64,000 nucleotides of DNA from positions 62,001 through 126,000 of the forward strand of contig FLMG01000368.1 in the NCBI GenBank assembly GCA_900088475.1, in the 5' to 3' direction. The position numbers and the translations under genes are program-made. This document shows positions 1 to 11,810 of this stretch, one piece after another; position 1 is the stretch's first letter, and each line of letters begins with the position of its first letter. A model generated the notes under the pieces. It was given only the letters and a program-made list of their open reading frames with translations. It did not search any database and was not told the DNA's origin. The DNA is from Hyphochytrium catenoides. Its lineage: Eukaryota > Protista > Hyphochytriomycota.

Positions 1-3000
1 GTCCTCTTCGCTAAGGCTGTCCATATGTACCTTAGAAAATCTGTTAAGAAATGAGCGTGGGAGACCCTTTCTTCCCCCTCCCTGCTGCAATGGGTTCTGC
101 GCTGCAAAAATTCGAAAGCCCGGAGGGCATTCAAACCACTGATCAATCTCAGGAATATAGACTGTTGAACGATGGTCCAGAACAGAGTTTAGGCCTTCGA
201 GCACGGCCTGCGGCGCCAGATTTAGCTCATCTAGAAGAACCCAGCTACCTGCCTTTAAAGCTCTAAGGAATACACCGTCACACCAGGCAAATCTTGGAGT
301 GGAGGATGCAGAAGAAGCACCTGTGCCCTCATTATCTTGATCTGGAAGAGGGAGATCCGAACCAAAAAGGTCGGCAACGTCAGTCTGTTCCGATAGATTG
401 ATACGGACTAGGGTATGGCCCGTCGCCTTGGCCAAGTTCGCAATCAAGCTTGTTTTCCCTACACCTGGACTTCCTTCCAACAGAATTGGCTTCTTCAGCT
501 GCAACGCACGAAGTACACGTAGTAGGTTGACAGCAGTAGTGGGCGCGTTGAAGGCGAAAGGAATAGACTCAGGCATCGGTACAAGGCCATAACTAAGGTA
601 GAAAGGAGAGATCCCGAAGCGAGAAGAGGACCGCTCCACCTCAGGCTTCCATTGTGAAGGCAACAAGGAAAGAGGAACAAACGCTTCGAGGAGGTAGCGG
701 CCCCTCTCTAGGTCCTGTGGTGGCAACTGCTTTTGGAGCTGTTTGATGACGACAAGCTTCATTCCTCGAATAGTTTGAGGAGATAAGCCAGAGCCCAGCC
801 CCATGCCATCAAGAAGAACCATACAGATGCCGTGAAGATAAGCCTGCCAGGGCTCTAAGTGGCTCGCATCCACAACCTCATTCATGAAAGAACTCCACGA
901 AAGAATGTCACGTAGAGTAATCACAAGGCCCGGTGCAGGAGAAACGTCTTCTTGCATTCCCTTGCCTCCTCTTCTCGATTGACTGTCGCCTGCACACACC
1001 TCATTGAAAACCCTGACAAGCTCCAACATTGGCCTACTGAAGCCTCTAAGAACGTCTACGCCATTCTCTACAAGTCTATCCTCGATAATCTGCGTCAAGT
1101 CGGAGTGATCATGGATAGCTGGAACCCAAATCTCAGTGAAACGATTTCGCAATGCAGGGGACAACTCCCTCTTCCCATAGTCACCGCCTGGGTTCATAGT
1201 AGCAAATATCCTCCATGCAGGGGAGGCCACAATCGTGTCAACTGTACTTCCACCCTTCTCCGCCAGAGTCAGAGAGCGGGAAGGCTCTAGGACACTATTG
1301 AGTCTTTCCAGAACAGCATCCTCCGCCAGGCTGATCTCATCTACAAGGAAGAGATCTCCATTCCGCATAGAGCTAACCAAAGGCCCATCTTGCCACTCAA
1401 AAAGTGCTTGGCGCTTCTCCTTCATCGCGCCTATCTTCTGCTCCAGCTCTAGCAGCCTAATTCTGTAGGCCTCCTCTACTCTCTCACTCCGTCCTTGCCG
1501 CACCACTTTGAATAAGCCTTCAACCTTGGCGAGCAATTCGTGCGCAGAAGGTCCAGAGGGCGATGAGAGTAGTGTCTCCCACTCTGTCAGTACTGGCGAC
1601 GAGGACGGCAAAGAGCCAGAAACGACAGCCTCCTGAAGGTACGAGCGAAGTAGGGCCACAACCTCCGTCACGAGTTTGTCTTCTCTGTGTCTAACTGGCC
1701 GCAAACTTCCCAGCAGGTCGGCCGTCTCTGTGTGCTGATGGCAGTTGAGAATATGCAGTGGTTGGTCAAGGAGAATAGAATAAAGCTGGCAGACAGTAGT
1801 CTTCCCACATCCAGTCTCGCCGACAAGCAGCACCGGCTCCTTGTTTGCCAGGCACTTGCCCACGAGGGTAAAAAGGCGCCTCATAGAGTTCGTGAAGGCA
1901 ATAGAGCCCAACCCACTGGCTGTTCCTCTAGTCTCAGAACCTTGCTTTCCAGTTCGCAATGCTTCCAGCTTTTCCTGGACCTTAAGAAAGTTCTGGTGAA
2001 TTGCCCTTTCTTCGTCCACACCCTCTAAATCATAGAGCTTTTCTACTGGAAGCTTTACTCCGATGCATTTCTCTAAAGACTTTCGGACCAACTCTTTCTC
2101 ATCGTCTCGCCTTAACCTCTCCGCCAGCAGGTAATAGCCTTCTTTGGCCAGGGCTTCCTTGCTCTGAGGCCGGCGTTGAGCCCAGCGAAGGAGATCTCTA
2201 GTGGTAATGAAACCCTCCTTTCCTGCAAAGACTGAGGACTGCGAATGCTGGATCTGCAGGTCTTGCATCACTGCCACAAGCTTCTCGCAATAAGAAGGTG
2301 GGAGAGAACACCGTTCTGTCAGGATCCTTTGAAGCTCCGTGCCAGGTATCTCATCTACTTGCATCTCCAAAAACCGGTTCCGAAAGGCGCGTGAAAGGAC
2401 CTTTCTCCCCCCGTAAAGCCCTGGCGGGTTTTGAGTGGCAAAAAGCATAAAGTTTGGATGAGGAAGCACGGTTTCCTGTGTCTCCGGGATGAAGAGCTCT
2501 CTGTTATCGTCAAGCAGACGGTTGAGTGCCTCCAAGACCTCCGATGGTGCCAGATTGAGCTCGTCAAGGATAATCCACCAGCCACGGCGTACGGCTTCGA
2601 CAAGGATACCCTCCTGGAATACTAATCGCCCAGTCTCATCACTGTTATAGCTGCCCATGTACTCTTGGATGTCAGTGTGTTCATGATTATTGATCCTCAC
2701 ACATTTATGCCCCGATAAAGCGGCCAAATATTCAACGATCGATGTCTTCCCGGTGCTTGTGGGGCCTTGAAGAAGTATGGGGTACTTCCCTGAGGTGGCA
2801 GCCCTTGCCAGGTTCCGCAAGTTCACCTCCACTGAGGGTGTCACAACGAACTTGCTAAGACCAGTCGTAGGGTCTCGCTGCGCTAAATCTACCCTTTCTT
2901 GATCCCCTGCCCGTATCCAGAAACTTGTAACCAAGCAAAAGTCCTCGCCTCCACTACGGCCTCCTGGGCGTGATGGAGGCTTTTGAAGATCTTTTGGTCG

Positions 3001-6000
3001 CAACCCCTTGCCAAAGGCCTTCATTAACTTCTTCTCCACTAAGTTCCGGGACGGCTTGTCCAGCTGAGTGGCAAAGGACATACCGAAAGCATCCAACAGA
3101 GACCTTTGCAGACCGTAGCCTCTATCCAAAAACAGTAAAGTCGTTTCAAGAGACCGCGAAAGCGTGCGGAGACTGTACTTGGGCTTTTGCCTTGCGCCGT
3201 CTGCCAACACCTCATTTGCCATTTTCCTCAGTTCCAAGTAGAGAGTGACAATTTCTGAAATAGGAGCCGTAGATACCCCTTTGAGATACTGCTGCACGAT
3301 AACCTGAAGATCTGTTACGTCCTCCATTTCGTCGACATAGAGCTCAGTAAACCGGTTCCGTAGTGCAGGAGCTAAATCCTTCTTGCCAACATCTGTTGGC
3401 GGATTCATCGCCGCAAATAACCTAAATCTAGGGTGCTTCACCACAGGATCAATGTCCCCCTTCTCCATAAGAGAAAGAGTGCCGTTCTCGCCTTCGAGGA
3501 GATTACTGAGCCTCTGCAGCGTCTCGGACGAGGCCAGATTGATCTCATCTAAAAGGACCCAACTACCATCTCTCATTGCTTTTACGAGAGAGCCCTCCAC
3601 AAAGGAGAACGCGAAGCTGCTCTCTACTTGTTCCCGTTGCCTCTCGAAGCGAGCAAGATCCTGAGCTAACTTCCTCCACTGGCCCCTGAGCGCTGGAGCG
3701 GTCTTAGGTTCCGGGTCCCCGTTGCTATCCTTCCTCTGCTCAGTCTCAGCATGCTGTTCTTCCTTATAGGAACACTCTTCGTCGTCCGTTAACGGACCCA
3801 CCTTGCTTTCCGCCATGGTCACCGCTCTCCTCAGTCCCTTGCTCAGTACCTTCCACTGTCGCTGTTCTAGGGCTTCCTTCAGCTTGAAGAGAAAGGATGC
3901 ATTCTTCTTCTTTGAGAAGAGAAGCGGAAAGAGCTCTTGAAATTGCAGGTATAAGGGAAGGGCCAGCTGCCTCAACTCTACCGGTTTAAAACCGCCCAAC
4001 AGGTCCGCACTATCGCTCTGGATGTTTAGATTCTGCACCACCAGCTGTTGACCCGTCAGCCGTGCCAACTGCTGCACTGCTGTAGTCTTCCCGCAGCCTG
4101 TCTCTCCAACCAAGAGTAACGGCTCTCTCATCGCCGTCGCAGCAGCCACCCTCTCCATGAGACGAAGAGCATGACCTGTGTTAGCAAAAGGCATTCTGTT
4201 CCCTTCCCCTTCTCCTCTCTTGCCATGAACTATCGGTAACGTGATTCTTCCAATGGCCACAGAGTACTCCGAGGCTGTTTCGAGTCGTGGCTTTGCGGAA
4301 GAGCAAAGAGAGACAGCCACCTCAGGACGAATCCTCCAAATAGCTGCAATAACAGCCGACACGTTCTCTCGCTCCGCCTTGCTCTGCATTCCTGCTGTGA
4401 AGATATCGACTGCCTCACTAACGATGCTCTGTCGCTCGCTTTCTGTCAGCACAGCTGAAATGTCAACATGCTCTAATTCTCTGTCTCCTCTCTCAACGGG
4501 ATGGATATGCCCGAGAGAAGTCACTCTCTTGACCCACTTGAGCAGATCTCGTACCGTGAAAACCCGCCGATACCTAGAGAGAGATCGCAGGAAAGAGAGC
4601 TTCTCCCTCACTGCATCCAGAATATGGATCAGGCCAGGTGCCACTTTCCCCAGTTGGTCCACCAGCGTTGCCTCTTCAAGTTGCTTGGGCTGCTCTGCCA
4701 ATGACAGCATAATAAAGGTTGCCACCATCAATTGAGCTACTGTAAGGTTGACCGACTGTTGGAGTATGTGCACCAGCTCTTCAGCTTTGAGAGCCGCAAT
4801 GGGAACGCAGGACCAAAGAGAATCATTAAATCCGCCGACTCCCGTGTCCCGTCCTCTCTCCCTTTCATGCCCTGTTGACCGTGTAGCAAAGAGTCGAAAA
4901 CCTGGCGCAGCGGTTATGGTCTCCCCTCTGCCTGCCAAGCTGATCCGCTTCTCCTCAACCAGCGGTAGAAGGGCTGCAATGATCTCGAATGGTGCTCTGT
5001 CTATATCTTCTATCATAACCCACCGTCCCTCACGTAACGCCTGGGTTAGAACACCAGGCTGCCAAACGAACTCACCTGGCACTTCAGTGCACAGATATGT
5101 CCCCAGCAATGTCTTGCTATCTATTTGGTCATCCAAGTGGATCTCTACCAAGTCAGCATGATCAGTCAGACGGGCAAACTCCCTCAGTAAGACTGTCTTT
5201 CCTGAGCCTGATGGACCCTCCAGAAGTATGGGTCTATCCTCGCAGAAGGAGAGCGCAATGCGTCGCAAATTGTTTACAGTCGTATCGACGTGGACAAGAG
5301 AGAACGAATGATCGAGAGATGGAGGCAGTGATGGTTCTCTTCTGAAGCCAGAGCGCCGCGTGTTCCGCCTGCGGAGCCTGATGCCCCCAATGCTGACTGT
5401 TTCCTCAGACAGTATAATCTGCTGACTCCGGCCGCTGACTGAGACTCTGTCACTCCCCTCAGCAGAGGGAGCGGCAGAGGAGGTAAAAAGCGCTACGCTT
5501 TCCTCAGTATCCCCCATCTTCTCTCTAAGCTCTAAGGCTTCTATAGATAATAGCTCCTCCTCTTGTGAAGGGCTCTCCGCCGTTTCCACTAGTACATTGA
5601 GGCCCTGTAGCCACTGCTTCTTCTCCTCACCCTTAAGCCGAAGCACCATGGCGCAGATCCTTGCCGCATACCAGCGAATGCCGAGGTGGTGGCACCGCGC
5701 CACTTGGAAGAATGGAGCCCAGTGCCATAGAGGAGAGAAGTGCTCTTCAAATAGGTCTAGGAAGCAGTAGACACTGCGCGCTATGCTGTGAATCCTCTGT
5801 AGGACAATAGGATCTTGTATGGCCGTCATGTCCGGGATAGTGGCCAGGAAGTCAAAGGGACAGGGAGAGGTTTCAAAGAACTGCACTACCTCTGCGATGT
5901 ACTGCGGGGCCATCCGAAGAATGATACAGAGCGCGTTTGCCACTTGATCTGAGGTACTATGGAGCAACGCGCTGGAGGAGAGCGCTGACTGAAGCAGTGT

Positions 6001-6099
6001 CAGAAGGACCGACCGGGCTACTCTGACGATCGCTGCCGTGTACGTTGGGTTCAATAAGTGGTTTGTCAGTGCAGCCAAAAGAGAGTGCACACCAGCGTC
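1..6099 (-). CDS. MDN1: Midasin (Rea1) AAA+ ATPase, 5' part. One long exon running off the window start; upstream exon(s) beyond the N-gap not resolved.
   Basis: Five Walker A motifs in one minus frame: LEGPSGSGKT (~5190-5225), LVGETGCGKTT (~4081-4115), LQGPTSTGKTS (~2740-2775), LVGETGCGK (~1801-1830), LEGSPGVGKTS (~448-480). Midasin motifs also present: EFVWQPGVLTQA, LLDELNLA, FAAQNPLQQGGGRKGLPRSFLNRF. Candidate acceptor ttcag at 6100-6104. Probably absent from the ORF track because no stop occurs inside the window. Confidence 0.95.
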
Positions 6100-6660
6100 C
6101 TGAAGGACAATGGCAGACCAGTCANNNNNNNNNNNNNNNNNNNNNNNNNNNNNNNNNNNNNNNNNNNNNNNNNNNATAGCTGCTATAAATAAAGAAACAG
6201 CGCAGCGCTGTCTACCTATCTTACACTCTGCTTAGTAACGCTATACCGCTAGAGGCAGGCCCGTCCCTGAGACCAGCCTCAAGATCTATTGATAGAGTGC
6301 GCTGGCTGGTGATTCCGCAGGCCGAAGACGCTGTTCAGAGACGCAATGACCGTCTCACACCTTGGCCTCGAGCGCAAGCGGTGGCGTTTCCTTCCTTGGC
6401 TCGCTGATTCTGAGGGTTCGCATCCAGCCGTGCTCCTTCGCAACAGGGAGGGAAAAGGTGACATTATTAAGGATCATACTATACTCGAAATGTACGCACA
6501 CTTACAGATACAGCCTTTCAAAGTCGCTTTAAGTCTCCTTTGTTGTGCGCTTTTACTCTTGTATTAGGAATATGGATGATTGGTGGTATTGGCTGGAGGA
6601 CATGACTCGGAGGTTGCGATGAGTTCTGATCTCCTGACACCTCTTCCTGTCTCTACCGTC

Positions 6661-6671
6661 CTCCCTCCCTC

Positions 6672-6726
<55 letters not shown>

Positions 6727-6734
6727 AGCTCTCT

Positions 6735-6765
<31 letters not shown>

Positions 6766-6810
6766 GCTCGCTCCCTCTCTCTCCCTCTCTCTCGCTGTCT
6801 CTTCTCTCTC
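6661..6810 (+). repeat. (CT)n microsatellite between MDN1 and PWP1
   Basis: Imperfect CT dinucleotide run, directly visible. Confidence 0.95.
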
Positions 6811-7140
6811 TGCGTGCGTGCCACTATACATAGAACTATCACTTCTCTCTCCTGTCTACTCTCTCCCCTTTCACTCGTTCTCTCGCCCCTTTCTTGTCTC
6901 CGGTGGGTGTCCGGTCCGCGCCCTTCCAGCTCGAAGGAGGTCCCATATTCGTCCCAGTAAGCCTCTTCTCTGCATCTCTCCCTCCTGGCGTGGCTAGTCA
7001 AGCTACAGACATCGGGACCCTTAAGTTCAGGCACTGACTCGTGACAGCCTCCCGCCGGTCCCGTTCACCTTTAGAGAGAAGGCTTCTAGGCAAGTAAAAG
7101 GACAGAAGGTGCAAGTCAGTAGAAAAAGCAGGAGGAAATC

Positions 7141-9114
7141 ATGATCTCTGCGCTCTGTTGGGTGCCCAAAGGCGCCGCCAAGCGAAAGCCCGATCGCTAT
7201 GTCCCGTCCGCAGAGGAAGTGGCGATGATCAAGAATATGGCAGCAGAAGAAGAAGAGCTCGAGGCTGAGGATGAAGAAGAGGAAAAGCACCAAGGAGGTT
7301 CGGAAGGAGAGAATAACACAGATGATGCGATGCAGGAGGAGGACGATGAGCTTCCTGCTGAGCTGCGGATGGACGAATACGATGACGAGGACGGAGACAT
7401 TGTCAACGCCACCGCCCCAGATGGGATTGAAGAGTCAGAGGACGGACCTGTAGATTATAACTCAGACAATGAGTCAGACCAGGTGGCGCAGCGCCAGGAC
7501 CGCTTACCCCTTGTCTTTGACTCCTGTTGCTCCTTGGAGTTATCTCGCTCACGAGCCATCAATGATTACGCTTTTGATCCTCCTTCTCTCTCTCTCTCTC
7601 TCTTCCCCTCTCTCTTTTCTCTTCTTATTTCTCTCTTTCTCTCTCTCTCGCTTCTCATCCTCTTCTTGTCACACAGTTCACCTTTATTCGTCCACCTTGC
7701 TCTCTCTCTCTCCCAAGTCTCGCCCCCTAGCGTCTCTCTCAAGGAATTCTCTGGGCATATTGGCTGTTTTTCCTCTCATATTCATGCTCTTGGAATTCTC
7801 ATTGAAGACGTTTTAAGCTGACTTCTGTTGCAGGAAGACGATGAGGTTCGACCCAACGATGCCTTGCTGCTTGTGGCTCGGACTGAGGAAGACTATAGTC
7901 TATTAGAGGTGTATCTCTTTGAAGAGGAGACCGACACTCTGTACGTTCACCACGACATTACCCTGCCAGCCTTTCCCCTCTCTCTTGCCTGGATGGACTG
8001 TCCACCATATACGCAGCGAGGAGAGGCAGTGACAGGAAGCTATGTAGCCGTTGGCACGTTTAAGCCAGGTAAGCGACCGTTAAAGGGAGCGAGACTCCTA
8101 ATGTTAGGCATAGCTGCACTCACGTTGTCGCCCTATTCCCTGCGCCTCCTCTTCTTATTCGTTGCGAGCAGGTATTGAGCTGTGGAATCTGGATGTCATG
8201 GATGTCTTTGAGCCCGCTGCTACACTGGGAGGGGAACTAGACACAGAGCTGAGGTGAGGAGTCAACAAGCGAGGGAGATGAGAGGTGTAGCCTTGCCAGC
8301 TTGGCACATGATAGACGAAGAGGAGGTGTTATTGATGGAGTAAGCAAGCCCCAAAACTTTAGTCAACAGCTAGACTGAGGTTTGGGGCAATTCTTAGTCA
8401 AAAAGGTTGCAACCAGAGCGCATGTCTTATAATTGCGCTTTCCACTGCAGAGACGTCGCGACTGTTCCGGCGGCGACAGGAGGAAAGAAGAAGAGAAAGA
8501 AGAAGAAGAATCGTTTCGAGGTCTCGCTAAAGCCAGGCAGCCACAGCGACGCGGTTCTGACGCTAGATTGGAACAGAGACATTAGGTAAGGTCCATCATT
8601 CGCATTGTTCTTCATTCAGTTGTCTCTTTTCCTTGCTTCTTCTTGGTTTAGGGACAATCCACATGCGTTCCTGCCATCATTGACATGCTCACCCATGTGG
8701 TGATCTGTCACACTACCAGGAACCTGCTTGCCAGCGGCTCTGCAGACTCCACTGTGAAGGTATGGGACGTTACCACCCAGACAGCAGTCCACACCTTCAA
8801 CCACCACAAGGATAAGGTGCAGAGCGTAGTTTGGAATCCTGCAGAGGCTACTGTTCTAGCATCAGGATCCTTCGATAGATCCATAGCAGTTCTCGACGGA
8901 CGGAGTCCTGATAAAGTAGCTCGCATAAGCCTGAACCGCGACGTGGAATGCATGGCCTGGAACCCGGTCAACCCGGTCCAATTAGCGGTAACTTTGACTT
9001 CCAGGCCTCATTGTCACAAGCGCCTCCGTATTACTTCCTCCGCTAGAAAGGATTACTTCCTGAGCAGTACCTATTCTTTCCCCGTCTCGCTTTCAAGCTC
9101 ATTTCACTTGTTGT

Positions 9115-9150
<36 letters not shown>

Positions 9151-10036
9151 TGTGATTCTTCCGTTTTCTTCTATCTTTCTCATCCAATACCACTCCGGTG
9201 AGCTCATATCCTCTGCCTCTGCTTAATCATCAGGTCAGCACTGAGGATGGCATAGTCCGAGGCTATGATGTTCGCACCATGTCTTCCTCCCCTCTATATA
9301 CTCTTACAGCGCACTCTGGAGCGTGCAGCAGCCTCTCTTTTAGCCCCGGTGTCAGTGGAATGCTTGCTACCGCAGGCGTGGATAAGCAAGTGAAGATCTG
9401 GGACGTGCAGGATAACTCGCCCATCTGTATTGCATCAAAGGGCTTATCGATTGTAGGTTATTTTCTCTCATCTGCCTCTCAGTTCCTTCTCTCTTACTCC
9501 TGTTCTCCAAGAATCTTCCTCCCAAGTCCTTAACCTGAAGTCATCCTCCTCAAGTCTTTAGCTTGCGCCCAGGAATCCTGCTTATGTTTCCTCCTTGGTT
9601 CTCTTGCTCTCAACAGTCTGCGGCCTTCTTTTCTTCAAGACTTTACTGAGAAGAAAGTTATCTTTTTGCCTTCGCTTGGTCCCTTGAGACGAGCTTTGTA
9701 TCCATTTTTTAAGAGGAACGATGTCGCACTCATTAAGACATTCTGACTCTCCTCTTCGGACAGGGAGAAATCTTCAGCATTTCTTTTTATGAGGACTCAC
9801 CATTTGTCTTGGCTGCGGGAGGGTCGAAAGGAATGGTGGCTGTATGGGACACAGAGGAAAACCGCGGAGTACAGGTCCGCTTTTCGGATAGAAGAAAAGA
9901 GACAGCGAGCCAAGAAGAGGAAGGACAGGATGTAGAAGAGCTAACCGGAGCCGAAGAAGAAGAAGAAAAGGCCGCCACTAGTACGGGGAACGAAGAGCGC
10001 AAGAGTAAGAAGAAGCCAAAGAAGAAGAAGAAGTAA
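7141..10036 (+). CDS. PWP1: Periodic tryptophan protein 1 (WD40 ribosome-biogenesis factor), 7 exons: 7141-7482, 7834-8068, 8172-8253, 8451-8585, 8720-8987, 9234-9452, 9764-10036
   Basis: N-terminus MISALCWVPKGAA, acidic region ending ELRMDEYDD, LYVHHDITLPAFPLSLAW, GIELWNLDVMD, WD repeats (LASGSADSTVKVWD, LATAGVDKQVKIWD). GT-AG junctions keep frame. Confidence 0.93.
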
Positions 10037-10514
10037 GGGAGCGACAAGTATCTTTCTCGTCCTTCGCCGCTATCCGTGTACCATAATCCCTAAAGAAACA
10101 AGACCAAGTGCCTTGCCTCCATGCTCAGGCTCTCTTCCTCAGAGATGAATATAAGGAAAGATGACTGCTGGGTAGATAGACATGGAGAAGATGCGTCAAA
10201 GGCTGGTGATCATGGGAGAGCAACCGGCATATCAGCTTGCGCGGGAGAGAGAAAGCTAATGGAGGAGAGAGGCGCCCTTAAGCGAGAGAAGAGGAGAGAG
10301 AGAGAGAAAGAAAGGACAGAGAGAGACACATGGAAGGAGGTCAAGCACATCAGGAAGTCAAGCCTTTGTCTGCCACTTGAAGCGTATTACTAAGCCACTC
10401 CAAGCTAGGCGTATGCTAGATAAATATACTACTGTGGTGACTACTATTACGTAATAGGATGACTTGTCGGTTTCTTCAACTGAAAGGGCAAATTTCTGGC
10501 ATCAGAATCTTCCT

Positions 10515-10516
10515 CC

Positions 10517-10573
<57 letters not shown>

Positions 10574-10837
10574 CTCTCTCTCTCTCTCTCTCTCCCTTCT
10601 TTTTGTCACTCTCTCTCTCTCACTCTCTCTTTTCCTCTCTCTCTTTCCCTACGTATCGCTCTGTCTCTCTATCGGTGACTCTCTTCATTAGGTCTACCTT
10701 ATTTCTCTTCTTCTTCACGATCTCTCTGTTAGCACTACGCTCTCTCTTCTATACTGCGTGTTTCCTCACTCTTCCACTTCTCTCACCTCTTTCTCTCTTC
10801 TTCTCTCTTCCTCTCTCTTCCTCTCTCTTCCTCTCTC

Positions 10838-10870
<33 letters not shown>

Positions 10871-10895
10871 GCTCTTCTCTTCTCTTCTCTCTCCA
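10515..10895 (+). repeat. Long imperfect (CT)n/polypyrimidine tract, intergenic
   Basis: Visible CT runs, flanked by GA runs at ~10285-10330 and ~11190-11280. Confidence 0.95.
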
Positions 10896-11290
10896 ATCAC
10901 TTCTTTTCATGACCAAAAACGCTTAATAGAGGTGTCTCCATGACTGTCCCGGCCCTTGGTCCCGCAGAGATCCTCTGCTTGCTCTAACGTCTTCGCTTTA
11001 CATTCGCTCGATCGTAGGTTTCCGCTGAACATCTGGCTCGCTGGCTCTATAGATCAGCGCTCTGTCTGTCGCTTGTCTCGGCTGCTTACTCCTCTACTCT
11101 TCCTGACTCTGTTGACTAGCGGTATCTCTTTCATACACTCATAACGTGTGCAGAAGAGAGAGGTTTCAAAGAACAACGAAGAGCCTCGAAGAGACACACA
11201 GACAGGGAGACAAGCAGAGAAAGAGAGAGAAAGAGAGAGAAAGAGAAGAAAGAGAAACAGAGAGAGAGAGAGAGAGGACAAGACGGGACC

Positions 11291-11717
11291 ATGTCGGTGG
11301 CCGGTTTGCCTCTCCCGGTACATCCTCTGCCAGGTCCGGCAGCTAAGCCTTTTGATCTGGGCCAAGAGAAGAGCCCGGACTCGAACCGGCGCAAGGTTTC
11401 CACTGCCTCTTCGTCTCTCAGTAATCGGCTGCAGTCTCCCTCTCTAGGCGGGAGAAGCTCTGTCTTCCATGCACGATCTCCATCGGTTGGGGCCAGGAGC
11501 TCTCTGTGCTTTCCTCTCTCGCCATCTCCGTCTCTCTCTCGTCCTTCCTCTTCTCAAGACACTGCAAACGCTGTGCAGCTCGCCAAGCTCACGGCGCGGG
11601 TGGAAGAGCTCCAGGAACTGTTGCTCAGGAGAGGAAGAGAGGAGCAGGGACGTTGCCAGCTTTTGCAGATACAAGCACAGAGGTTGCAGCAGGAGCTGGA
11701 AGCGGTAGAGTCTTGGA

Positions 11718-11748
<31 letters not shown>

Positions 11749-11777
11749 TTCTCTCTCTCTCACTCTTTCTCTCTCCT

Positions 11778-11810
<33 letters not shown>

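Noticed and set aside
1-6099. No long ORF listed over 6 kb (possible recoding or pseudogene)
   Set aside because: All five AAA modules lie in the same minus frame and the segments I translated are open. The ORF simply has no stop inside the window. The + strand ORFs here are antisense shadows.
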